Made by a program: the position numbers and the translations under genes. From TPA_inf: Saccharomyces (lineage: Eukaryota): a DNA stretch of 64,000 nt. Shown here piece after piece: positions 54,193 to 64,000 of the stretch. The notes beneath the pieces are model-generated. The model was not told the origin of the DNA. It saw nothing but the letters and a program-made list of their open reading frames with translations, and ran no database searches. Within the stretch, counting starts at the first letter, position 1, and every line of letters begins with the position of its first letter. The stretch is taken from NCBI GenBank assembly GCA_000146045.2, contig BK006934.2, forward strand, positions 192,001-256,000. The letters run 5' to 3'.

Positions 54193-56337
54193 ATGTCACA
54201 TCTTATCACTTTAGCTACATGCAACTTGAATCAATGGGCCCTAGATTTTGAAGGTAATAGAGACCGTATCCTACAGTCCATTAAGATTGCCAAAGAGAGG
54301 GGTGCCAGGTTACGTGTCGGCCCAGAACTGGAAATAACTGGCTACGGATGTTTAGATCATTTTTTAGAAAATGACGTTTGCCTTCATTCATGGGAAATGT
54401 ATGCTCAAATCATTAAGAATAAAGAAACCCATGGATTAATACTTGACATTGGTATGCCCGTTCTACACAAGAATGTTCGTTATAATTGTCGTTTGTTATC
54501 CTTGGATGGTGAGATATTGTTCATAAGACCTAAGATTTGGTTAGCTAATGATGGTAACTATAGGGAAATGAGATTTTTCACACCTTGGATGAAACCTGGC
54601 GTGGTGGAGGACTTTATCCTTCCACCTGAGATTCAGAAAGTTACCGGCCAGAGACTTGTGCCATTTGGGGACGCTGTGATAAATTCATTGGATACATGCA
54701 TTGGTACAGAAACTTGTGAAGAATTGTTTACACCTCAATCCCCCCACATCGCCATGTCTTTAGATGGTGTGGAAATCATGACAAACTCATCTGGTTCTCA
54801 TCATGAACTGCGTAAGTTAAATAAAAGGTTAGACCTAATTTTAAATGCCACTAAACGTTGTGGTGGTGTTTACTTGTATGCAAATCAAAGAGGTTGTGAT
54901 GGTGACAGATTATATTATGATGGCTGTGCACTAATTGCCATCAATGGTACAATTGTAGCCCAAGGTTCACAATTTTCGCTAGATGATGTGGAAGTAGTTA
55001 CTGCTACTGTGGACCTAGAAGAGGTGAGGAGTTATCGTGCAGCTGTCATGTCTCGTGGCCTACAAGCCTCCTTGGCAGAAATAAAGTTCAAGCGTATTGA
55101 TATTCCTGTAGAATTGGCTTTAATGACCTCCAGATTTGATCCTACAGTGTGTCCAACAAAAGTCCGCGAGCCTTTCTATCACTCTCCTGAGGAAGAAATT
55201 GCACTGGGACCTGCTTGCTGGATGTGGGATTATTTAAGACGTTGTAACGGAACAGGGTTTTTCCTTCCCTTATCTGGGGGCATTGACTCTTGTGCAACTG
55301 CAATGATTGTCCACTCTATGTGCCGTTTAGTGACCGACGCTGCTCAAAATGGAAATGAGCAAGTTATCAAAGACGTTCGTAAGATAACACGTAGCGGCGA
55401 TGATTGGATTCCAGACAGTCCACAGGATCTAGCCTCAAAAATATTTCACTCCTGTTTCATGGGTACGGAAAATTCATCCAAGGAGACAAGAAACAGAGCA
55501 AAGGACCTTTCCAATGCAATTGGATCTTACCACGTGGATTTAAAGATGGACTCATTGGTATCCAGTGTGGTGTCCTTATTCGAAGTAGCCACTGGCAAAA
55601 AACCAATATACAAAATATTTGGGGGATCTCAAATCGAGAACTTGGCTTTACAAAACATCCAGGCGCGTCTAAGAATGGTTCTTTCTTATCTTTTTGCGCA
55701 ACTGTTGCCGTGGGTTCGTGGTATCCCAAACTCGGGTGGATTGTTAGTACTTGGTAGCGCAAATGTTGATGAGTGCTTACGTGGGTATCTAACAAAATAT
55801 GACTGCTCCTCCGCAGATATCAACCCTATTGGGGGTATTTCAAAAACTGACTTGAAAAGATTCATTGCCTACGCATCAAAACAATATAACATGCCAATCT
55901 TGAATGACTTTTTAAACGCTACACCAACTGCAGAATTAGAACCTATGACTAAAGATTACGTTCAATCGGATGAGATAGATATGGGGATGACGTATGAAGA
56001 ATTGGGCGTGTTTGGTTACCTAAGAAAGGTTGAAAAATGTGGTCCTTATTCTATGTTCTTAAAACTTCTTCATCAATGGTCCCCAAAGTTAACACCTCGT
56101 CAAATATCTGAAAAGGTGAAAAGATTTTTCTTCTTCTATGCCATCAACAGACACAAGCAAACTGTTTTAACTCCTAGTTATCATGCTGAACAGTATTCAC
56201 CAGAAGACAACAGATTTGACTTACGTCCTTTCTTAATCAACCCAAGATTTCCATGGGCTTCAAGAAAAATTGATGAAGTTGTCGAGCAGTGTGAAGCACA
56301 TAAAGGCTCAACGCTTGACATTATGTCTATTGATTAG
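54193..56337 (+). CDS. QNS1: Glutamine-dependent NAD+ synthetase (nitrilase domain plus NAD synthetase domain), 714 aa
   Basis: N-terminal CN-hydrolase domain and the C-terminal PP-loop SGGIDS. Confidence 0.9.
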   Translation: MSHLITLATCNLNQWALDFEGNRDRILQSIKIAKERGARLRVGPELEITGYGCLDHFLENDVCLHSWEMYAQIIKNKETHGLILDIGMPVLHKNVRYNCRLLSLDGEILFIRPKIWLANDGNYREMRFFTPWMKPGVVEDFILPPEIQKVTGQRLVPFGDAVINSLDTCIGTETCEELFTPQSPHIAMSLDGVEIMTNSSGSHHELRKLNKRLDLILNATKRCGGVYLYANQRGCDGDRLYYDGCALIAINGTIVAQGSQFSLDDVEVVTATVDLEEVRSYRAAVMSRGLQASLAEIKFKRIDIPVELALMTSRFDPTVCPTKVREPFYHSPEEEIALGPACWMWDYLRRCNGTGFFLPLSGGIDSCATAMIVHSMCRLVTDAAQNGNEQVIKDVRKITRSGDDWIPDSPQDLASKIFHSCFMGTENSSKETRNRAKDLSNAIGSYHVDLKMDSLVSSVVSLFEVATGKKPIYKIFGGSQIENLALQNIQARLRMVLSYLFAQLLPWVRGIPNSGGLLVLGSANVDECLRGYLTKYDCSSADINPIGGISKTDLKRFIAYASKQYNMPILNDFLNATPTAELEPMTKDYVQSDEIDMGMTYEELGVFGYLRKVEKCGPYSMFLKLLHQWSPKLTPRQISEKVKRFFFFYAINRHKQTVLTPSYHAEQYSPEDNRFDLRPFLINPRFPWASRKIDEVVEQCEAHKGSTLDIMSID

Positions 56338-56438
56338 CACAGAAGAAGTGCTCACAGCAAAATAAGACTTTTCCACGAGTTCATATATTCTGTTATTTAT
56401 TCTATCATAAATAAAGATATAAAAGTGATATTTAACCC

Positions 56439-57641
56439 TTATGTATTTTGCACGGTTTTGTGTTGACCCCAATTAGTCTTGATTACTACATTCCTAGAAT
56501 CGTTCCGCTTCCAGAAATCAATTAAAGTGATTGCTGTTTTTATAGGCGAATCTTCTTGAATGAAATGCCCGGAATCTTGGAAAACTACCAACTGATATTT
56601 ACCTTGCATTTGCCCCACAATTAATTCTTTATCGAGATTTTCGTTTCCCGCCAATATTAATAATTTACTAACAGGTAAGCCAACAAAGGAGTGCGACAGA
56701 TCGGTAAACCATGTGTCCCAGAAAGGGCTAAAGGTCTTAAGGTTTGTTATCCTGACAACTTTCCCTGACTTGAGCGGAGCAAATAAAGCTGGTATAGCAA
56801 TTTCGGCGCTTGACCTCAATCTCGATAACGCGTGTTGAACGTGCCAATCGACAGCGTCATTAATTGATTCAAATACATTGGGTGTATTCTGCAAAAAATG
56901 TTCAACTTTATTTAAGGCCATAATGGCAGCCTCTTCTACAATATCTAACATAGTAATACCAAGAATTTTCTTTTGTAGTTCTGTTGATAATTTAGGGTAC
57001 GCAAAAGTACATATACTTCCACCAAGGGAATGACCAATTAGTATAACAGATACCTTCTGAAGTGGCTCTTGGCTTATTTTAGACTTAAACCAATAATTTA
57101 GCAGGCTTACAAAATCTTTGATAAAAGAGTCCCTGTCAAAGCATATAGGCGCATCAGCCTTCTTAAACTTTGTTTCTGCATGCCCCCTAGCATCAAATGC
57201 AAAGCATCCGCATCTTCCTTCTAGTTTAGTATTTAATTCCTTGGCCAAGTTTGCAAATGATAAACCTGAGGAGCCCGCCCCATGGTGGAAAATAAAGATG
57301 GGAATTGAAGTGGTATTTGATAACAATGAAGTAGGTAATGTATAGTATGTATTTACGTCCAGATCTCTATCAGGAAGACTTACCAACTCCTTATTATCAA
57401 AAAAATCACTCCAAGTGGGTAAACTACTCTTTTCCTTACTTGAAATTCTATCAGTAGTACTACCGGTTTTGCCCGTATATTTTCTGTTCCTATTTGATTG
57501 TCCATTAAATGATGGCAGGGAACCTAATGCATCACCATCGTTTTCATCATCCTCGTATGCTTCTTGGAATGTCGCATCTAGAACATTCTTGGCTCTCTCA
57601 AACTGGGATAAAGCAATTTTTCTTCTCAAATCGTCAGACAT
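56439..57641 (-). CDS. PPE1: Protein phosphatase 2A methylesterase (alpha/beta hydrolase), 400 aa
   Basis: GHSLGG nucleophile elbow. Confidence 0.85.
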   Translation of the reverse strand: MSDDLRRKIALSQFERAKNVLDATFQEAYEDDENDGDALGSLPSFNGQSNRNRKYTGKTGSTTDRISSKEKSSLPTWSDFFDNKELVSLPDRDLDVNTYYTLPTSLLSNTTSIPIFIFHHGAGSSGLSFANLAKELNTKLEGRCGCFAFDARGHAETKFKKADAPICFDRDSFIKDFVSLLNYWFKSKISQEPLQKVSVILIGHSLGGSICTFAYPKLSTELQKKILGITMLDIVEEAAIMALNKVEHFLQNTPNVFESINDAVDWHVQHALSRLRSSAEIAIPALFAPLKSGKVVRITNLKTFSPFWDTWFTDLSHSFVGLPVSKLLILAGNENLDKELIVGQMQGKYQLVVFQDSGHFIQEDSPIKTAITLIDFWKRNDSRNVVIKTNWGQHKTVQNT

Positions 57642-59100
57642 TGAAAATTTGAAAATGTCCTACCGTTACTACCAGTTTGTTGCCGTATTTTTGACTCTTT
57701 GTTGAGCATTAGTTGATCATTACCGCTGCAGTCAGTTAATGATATCCCTAAATAGGCATATTGTACAATTTCAAATATATTACCCGAATTACAAGAACAA
57801 TAGGGTCTTCTACAATATTACTATGAACAATTCATAGGGGAACATAGTCCACTTCAATGTCGGTGCCAACGATTCTATTTGTTGTAAGTATATATGCTGT
57901 TTCCCGGCAATACTTTATATTGGGGGAATTTTCTGGAGGTTTAAGGGCATATTACTACGTCAAGGCTGGGATTGACCTTCTGGTATATATTACGTTGCGC
58001 AGGACATTCCTTATACTTGAGCCTTTGTAAAAACTTCTTCGTTCTCCTGACCAACCGTTCAATTATGTTGTGAATTTTTTGATCCGAGTTTGAAACATCC
58101 AAATTCACAAACAAACCGTTGTCATCCTGAGTTGGCGTCGGCCATTGAGCTTCCTCTATGTGTTTTAAATCTTTCATTTTAAGAAATCTAAGTAAGGAAA
58201 TTGTTTCTCCACATGTGTACCGTATAAAGTTCTTGTTATGAATTAGAAGGATTATCACAAAAGCCCTCCATCAAATCTGATAATTTCATTACCCAAAGAC
58301 TGTAATACCTTGGGTGTAAAGATCGTATTTTTTGATGTCTTCGTGATATTTTGCAGATCTTTCCATTTTATAAATTTCTGCAAATATCGTGCATCAGCTC
58401 ATCTTGGAATTGGCACAATCTGCGTAATTTTTTTCTTGGTTCTCTTCTCCTTTTGATTTTAAGAGCGCTTTCTATTCAGTAGCAGATTTTCAGTAAATAA
58501 AGCCATCTTTCTCAAGTAAACTCATGATCATGCAGTTGTTCAAAATTACACCAATAACGATGTTATCTTTAAAACTTTCCCCAGAAAGAAGATGGCACTT
58601 TTGCACTAAATACTTCAAACTATTTAACTTTGAAGCAGGACATATTGCCGGTTATTTGACCATGCTGGCGCCGTTGACATTCATGTAAGCAGTATTAGCT
58701 TTTAAACTGCCATTAACGCACCTATACGATTGCGGCGGTGCGAAAACAGTAACTAGCACTCTTACGGCTCATTGTTTCCTCTATCCAAAGTTGCCTATAT
58801 CACAATAAAATTAGAAATTAATCATTTTAATAAGCTTGCTGCCATTCAGTGACTCGCAATCTACGTTTTAAACGTAATTTAAAAATCCACTTCCACCTAC
58901 ATATTTTGCAACAGTCGTACGACAGAAACTGAGGCTCTATAAAATGAGATGTGCTAATTGTTCTTTCTTGGCTGGTTTCAGCTACATCTTTCTGTAATCA
59001 ATCTACAAATTTACACGCGAGCTTCATTTTGACAGTAAACAAATGTAAAAGACACATGCAATAAAAGCGGTCCAGAAAACAAACGACAAAGCCACCAAAA

Positions 59101-60225
59101 ATGTTTGCAAACGTTGGATTTAGAACTTTGAGGGTCTCGAGAGGTCCCCTTTATGGTATGTTTATTGTTTTATTCATTGGTGTGCTAATTGCTAAATTTG
59201 CGGGACAAATGCTAATCGACTCAGAGACTAACTTTTCTCATATCATAGGATCCTGCAGTCAAATCATCAGCTTTTCCAAGAGGACTTTTTACTCAAGTGC
59301 CAAGAGTGGGTATCAATCGAACAACAGTCATGGTGATGCGTATAGTTCAGGTAGCCAATCAGGCCCGTTCACCTATAAAACCGCGGTAGCTTTCCAACCA
59401 AAAGACAGAGACGATCTGATATACCAAAAACTAAAGGATTCTATTAGATCACCTACAGGAGAAGACAACTATTTTGTTACATCAAACAACGTTCACGATA
59501 TTTTTGCCGGTGTCGCAGACGGTGTTGGAGGATGGGCTGAGCATGGGTATGACTCCAGCGCCATCTCAAGAGAATTGTGTAAAAAAATGGACGAAATAAG
59601 CACTGCTTTAGCAGAAAATTCATCCAAAGAAACGCTTTTAACGCCAAAGAAAATTATTGGTGCTGCATACGCAAAAATTAGGGATGAGAAAGTAGTGAAG
59701 GTTGGTGGGACAACAGCCATTGTGGCTCACTTCCCATCTAATGGAAAATTGGAAGTTGCCAACTTGGGTGATTCTTGGTGTGGAGTCTTCAGAGATTCTA
59801 AACTTGTATTCCAGACAAAGTTTCAAACTGTTGGATTTAATGCTCCTTACCAATTGTCAATCATTCCAGAAGAAATGTTGAAAGAGGCCGAAAGAAGGGG
59901 TAGCAAGTATATTTTAAACACCCCCAGAGACGCTGATGAATATAGCTTCCAATTGAAAAAAAAGGATATTATTATATTGGCTACCGATGGTGTAACCGAT
60001 AATATTGCCACAGATGATATTGAGCTTTTTCTGAAGGATAACGCTGCGAGAACAAACGATGAGTTACAGCTATTATCCCAGAAGTTTGTGGACAATGTTG
60101 TCAGTTTAAGCAAGGACCCCAATTACCCCAGTGTTTTTGCGCAAGAGATTTCTAAGCTAACTGGCAAAAACTACAGCGGTGGTAAAGAAGACGATATAAC
60201 TGTTGTTGTCGTGAGAGTTGACTAA
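59101..60225 (+). CDS. PTC7: PP2C-type protein phosphatase, split as exon 1 59101-59155 and exon 2 59249-60225; the 93-nt intron is in frame and free of stop codons
   Basis: GTATGT at 59156, a branch-like gactaac, and AG at 59247-59248. The track reads the unspliced form as one 374-aa ORF. PP2C motifs lie downstream (DGVGGW, ILATDGV). Confidence 0.85.
   Translation: MFANVGFRTLRVSRGPLYGMFIVLFIGVLIAKFAGQMLIDSETNFSHIIGSCSQIISFSKRTFYSSAKSGYQSNNSHGDAYSSGSQSGPFTYKTAVAFQPKDRDDLIYQKLKDSIRSPTGEDNYFVTSNNVHDIFAGVADGVGGWAEHGYDSSAISRELCKKMDEISTALAENSSKETLLTPKKIIGAAYAKIRDEKVVKVGGTTAIVAHFPSNGKLEVANLGDSWCGVFRDSKLVFQTKFQTVGFNAPYQLSIIPEEMLKEAERRGSKYILNTPRDADEYSFQLKKKDIIILATDGVTDNIATDDIELFLKDNAARTNDELQLLSQKFVDNVVSLSKDPNYPSVFAQEISKLTGKNYSGGKEDDITVVVVRVD
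59156..59248 (+). other. PTC7 spliceosomal intron (93 nt, multiple of 3, no in-frame stop; encodes a hydrophobic helix if retained)
   Basis: 5' splice site GUAUGU and 3' splice site cauAG. The retained-intron reading frame gives FIVLFIGVLIAKFAGQMLIDSETNFSHIIG. Confidence 0.8.
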
Positions 60226-60373
60226 CACTCCGCTCTTTAATCTCCTGGAAAGCAGTGTAAATAAAAATACAGCGTCATAAACGGTACTATATAAACACGT
60301 AGCCATTTAATAGAGCCAAACATAAGTGGGCATATATAGTAAAAATTTAAAGAACTATATTCGCAAAAGAATC

Positions 60374-63300
60374 TCAGTCGAAAGAACGTTTTAAAACAAT
60401 CTTTTTAATCTTGTTTCGCTCGGTTTTTAGTTTCTCTTCTTCTTCAAGGACATCAGAGACAAATTTCACATCCGTTGGTAATTGTAAAATTCTTGATTGT
60501 GTCTTCTTACCGCTTTTAGTCAAGAACGTAAATGCAATCTTCTTTGGCTTGGATAACTCTTCGTAGGTCTCCTTGCTTGAAGAAGGTTCTTCACTCTTTT
60601 TTAATAATAAAGGTTTTTGAACGCTGACTGGCTTCGAAATTACTGGAATTTTACTGGCAACAACCTTTTCGCTTTTCCTTGCGTCTATGGATTCTTGCAT
60701 CATTTTCTGAAATTGCCTTTCCAATTCTTCTTCCGCTTTCCTTTCTTCCTCATCCTTTAGTTTTCTCTCGTACTCTTCATACATTCGTTTCATTTCAATA
60801 TCTCTGTCTGCGTCAAGATCACCACCATACTCCAAATCAGAGTCGCTGTCTTCTTCTTCTTCATCATCATCATCCTCATCATCATCATCTTCATCATCAT
60901 CCTCATCGCCTTCTTCTCCATCATCATCATCATCGTCATCGTCATCGTCATCATCCTCGTCATCGTCCTCATCGTCTTCATCTTCACTTTCGTCTTGCTT
61001 TGCCTGATGTTTTCCTGGCGCTGACTCTGTGTTCGGTGTACTTATCTCCGCGTCTTCATCTTCTCCTAGTAAATCGACACCATCGTCGTTTTCATCATCT
61101 TCATCCTCATCATCTTCGGTGATTGACTCGATAGGAACAGCACTCTCCTTACCGTTGTGAATGCTTGCAGAAGATCCCTTCACTCTGTCGTCTTTACTTT
61201 TTATTGCGTTTAATGATTTCAGTAAACTTTCCAACCTTGAGGCACTTTCTACCAAATTTTCTGACCTTTCAAATTTAGTGTTTCCGAAAATATTCTCATA
61301 TTTTTTAAATGTGCTTGAAACTCTGAATTCTGTTTCCTTGGGTAAAGGTTGTTCTTTAATAAAAGTATAATACTCGAAAAACCTCAGCAAAAGTTTGCAT
61401 TTCTTAGTAAAAGCTGCAGGGGTCCTGTTGATATTTAACAGAATTGTAGTGACTAGTTGAATCCTGAAATAATTATCCGGTGGATCTGAGTAGTTTAAAT
61501 AAAATGGATTGGGTTGATTGTTGATATGACCAAACCGAATAATGTGGTAGATAGTATCTAACAAAACATCGGATTTTATCATTTCAAAGTTGAATATTTC
61601 AGTTAAGTATCTGACATTTGATATTCTATGCATGTTTTGTCCATAATCGTTAATTTCTAAGCCTCGCTCAATGTTTTCCAGTACTTGGTCTATACATCTG
61701 ATGACGAAATCGCGGCGGTAACTGTATAGACCGCCTAGAACTTTTGTTAATAAGGGAATATTTTGATAGCTAATCTTATGTGGTTTTGAAAACAGAGAAA
61801 ACAGCACTTTCTGAATAGCTACATCGTCCCAGTGAGCTTTCCGAACCAACTTGACAATGTGTTTGAAGTCTAGGCTACTTAGTTCACTTCTAATTAATAT
61901 GCGATAAAACTGTTGTTCAGGCGTTATTGTTTTTACCGTAACATTTAATGATTTTACAGAAGGGGGATAAAGTAAAGTAATTATGTTTTCTAAGGCGCTT
62001 TTCATGTTCATGTTCAATTGCCTATCATTTTTTTTATCCTTGATTAGTTGGACCATTTTTTCCATTAATTCCTTATATTCTGGCTTATTTAGCAGAAATT
62101 TCCCTGAGTGCTCCAACAAAACCGTCAAAATTTCTACGTTATTTGGAACTTGCATATACATGATTAATGTTCTAATCTTATGAAAAATCATAAACGATGG
62201 TATTAATTGAAATTTAATCATTTCACTGAAGAAGATGATGTTTTTAACGTTAATCTTATTAGAATGTAATTGACTCCTGAAGCCATTGTCTAGGTAGTTA
62301 ATAAACTCAGAAACAATTTCCGGCATATATTTGCTATTTGTTGCAATAAATCTGGAATACACTGGCAGTTTGCTCCAATCTTGTGTTTCCATGAAAAATT
62401 TCAATATTCGATTTCTTGTGGCTTTGTTGTCCAAATATGATGACCAATATCTATTTGAAAGGTCATCGATTATATCTTTACAATCTGCCATTTCCAAATC
62501 CGTAAAGAATAGATTGATATTTTTTGAGTTAACGTTTGAATCTTTTTCTGTTTTAGAAGATTGTGATTCTTCTACTGTTTTTGAGATATCTGGTAAGATT
62601 TCATAAAATTTCCTTGTATCTTCATTTTCCCATAATCGTTGGTTGGGTGGCAATATCTGATTCGTGATCATTGGAGAAGCTGTTTCTTTCAGATCATCAT
62701 TAGAGGCACCTTCAAGCTCCGGAATTTCTAACTTAAAAAATTCTCCCAAAGTAATTGCAGATGTCTTGAACCTAATGAATATTGGAAGTAACTTGTCGTA
62801 CTCCTCTACGTACTCATCTCTCAATTTTCCCGTTCTTATTTGGCATTTCTGATGTTCTCTTTGCAGTTTATTGACCTTCTTATGCAGTTCTGTGGCCCTC
62901 GCAAAAGTGGCGTCTATAAAATTCTTAAACAGAGACTGTAACGCACCTTTTAACTTCGAGTCATATATTAAATCATCCCAAGAATTATCATCGTCGCGAA
63001 ACAAAGGTGCAAATTTCTTAATAAATGCGGTCGCAATAGTGGTAGTAAAGCCCAATTTGAACTTATAATTAAGAATCTCTCTGAGAATACTGAATAACAA
63101 CGGATCCTTTCGCCCAGTTTTCTTCTGTAGGAAGTTTGGAATAGCATCTTTCGACTCAATATCATCCAATGTTCTAAAAACTCCAACTAAATAAAGCTCG
63201 GTAAATACCCGAAGATTACCTTTAACTCTGGTTATCCTTTGAAGCTCATCTCTTTCGGATTCAATGTCAACAGAGGGGTTCTCAAAAGCTTGTAAAAAAG

Positions 63301-63756
63301 CTCCTAAAAGCGGACTAGTAAATCGGCCATTGAACCTTTGATGAAGTCCACTTATGATCTCAACAGCGGCAATTACGTCATCATTTTTATTCAAAACATT
63401 TAGCAGACATTCTGTTACCGTCACTATTATCTCTGATAGGTACTTTTCCAAGGACGCCTCACTTAAATCTTTCAATAATGAAGATTCTGAACCTTTCACA
63501 AAACCCTTCTTTAGTTTTTTTATAAAGCCAGTGTTTCTCTTTATACTGGAATCCAGTTTTTTACTTTTCAGGGGAAAGACTTCTTCGCCATTCCAAGCTC
63601 GGGTGTTCAAATCATGCAATTCTTTTTTCCGTCCATCCTGTTGATACATAATTGTTACCGTAGTTTACAACGATCAATAAAAGAAGTTAGTATAAAACCT
63701 TAGAAGTACTGAAAGGCCGATCTGGCCACAGTAAGATAAATCAAACATACGTCCAT
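60374..63756 (-). CDS. NMD2: Nonsense-mediated decay factor Upf2, 1089 aa; exon 1 63751-63756 (ATGGAC), intron 63638-63750, exon 2 60374-63637
   Basis: On the minus strand the sequence reads ATGGAC|GTATGT...TACTAAC...caacag|GATGGACGGAAAAAAGAA, which gives MDDGRKKELHD. It also has MIF4G-like repeats and an acidic tract. The track ORF begins at an ATG inside the intron. Confidence 0.9.
60851..60990. repeat. Coding (GAT/GAA/GAC)n low-complexity tract encoding the NMD2 poly-Asp/Glu segment
   Basis: The plus strand reads as (atc/ttc/gtc)n; the protein is DEDDEDDDEDDDDDDDDDDDDGEEGDEDDDEDDDDEDDDDEEEED. Confidence 0.9.
63638..63750 (-). other. NMD2 spliceosomal intron (113 nt) following a 6-nt first exon
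   Basis: GTATGT 5' splice site, canonical TACTAAC branch point, and AG 3' splice site. Confidence 0.85.
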
Positions 63757-64000
63757 AATTTCTGTCCAATGTATTATCAATGCAGATACAATATTAGATT
63801 ATTTAAGCATTTAAGTTGATTGTTACTGTTCATTGTAAAGTAATATGGGCCTCATTAGTTTCTCAAACCTGTATTCGAATGCAGTTTTTCAGTGACTGCC
63901 AAGAAAGTGAAAAAAAAAAAAAGAAGCAGGCTCCATCAATTCGTATCAAGTGATAATTATCACATAAATTATATAATTGTAAACCTATTAATAACCCTAA

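Noticed and set aside
60679-61122. His-rich 147-aa plus-strand ORF, and the Met-rich 65-aa ORF at 60790-60987
   Set aside because: Out-of-frame or antisense readings of the NMD2 GAT/GAA acidic-tract repeat, and so low-complexity artefacts.

Overview
This window reads as Saccharomyces cerevisiae chromosome VIII right arm, roughly YHR042W (NCP1 3' end) through YHR077C (NMD2). I could not run a search, so the identification rests on recognising many protein sequences from the six-frame track (DOG1/DOG2, INM1, AAP1, SMF2, COX6, CUP1, RSC30, CPR2, MED6, SSZ1, RRP3, DYS1, RRP4, TRM5, ERG7, NOP10, OSH3, QNS1, PTC7, NMD2 and others). The region is gene-dense: about 35 protein-coding genes on both strands, one intron-containing tRNA-Phe(GAA) with an adjacent degenerate delta-like solo LTR, and two spliceosomal-intron genes, PTC7 (93-nt in-frame intron) and NMD2 (6-nt first exon plus 113-nt intron). 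The main structural feature is the CUP1 locus: two head-to-tail, near-identical ~2.0-kb units (20264-24251), each carrying a 61-aa copper metallothionein and the 3' third of RSC30. Further features are a DOG2/DOG1 tandem duplication with a 3' gene-conversion tract, PAC/RRPE ribosome-biogenesis promoter motifs at several genes, a 29-nt poly(dA) tract immediately upstream of the PCL5 ATG, and a 3.3-kb gene-free interval (AAP1-YHK8) holding a diverged duplicated TATA-containing block. I see no evidence for a novel multi-gene system; this is a well-characterised eukaryotic region. For the ORF-track entries of SMF2, AAP1, RSC30, CPR2, SSZ1, RRP3, ERG7 and NOP10 I used an internal ATG rather than the track start, because only those starts reproduce the protein lengths I recall.
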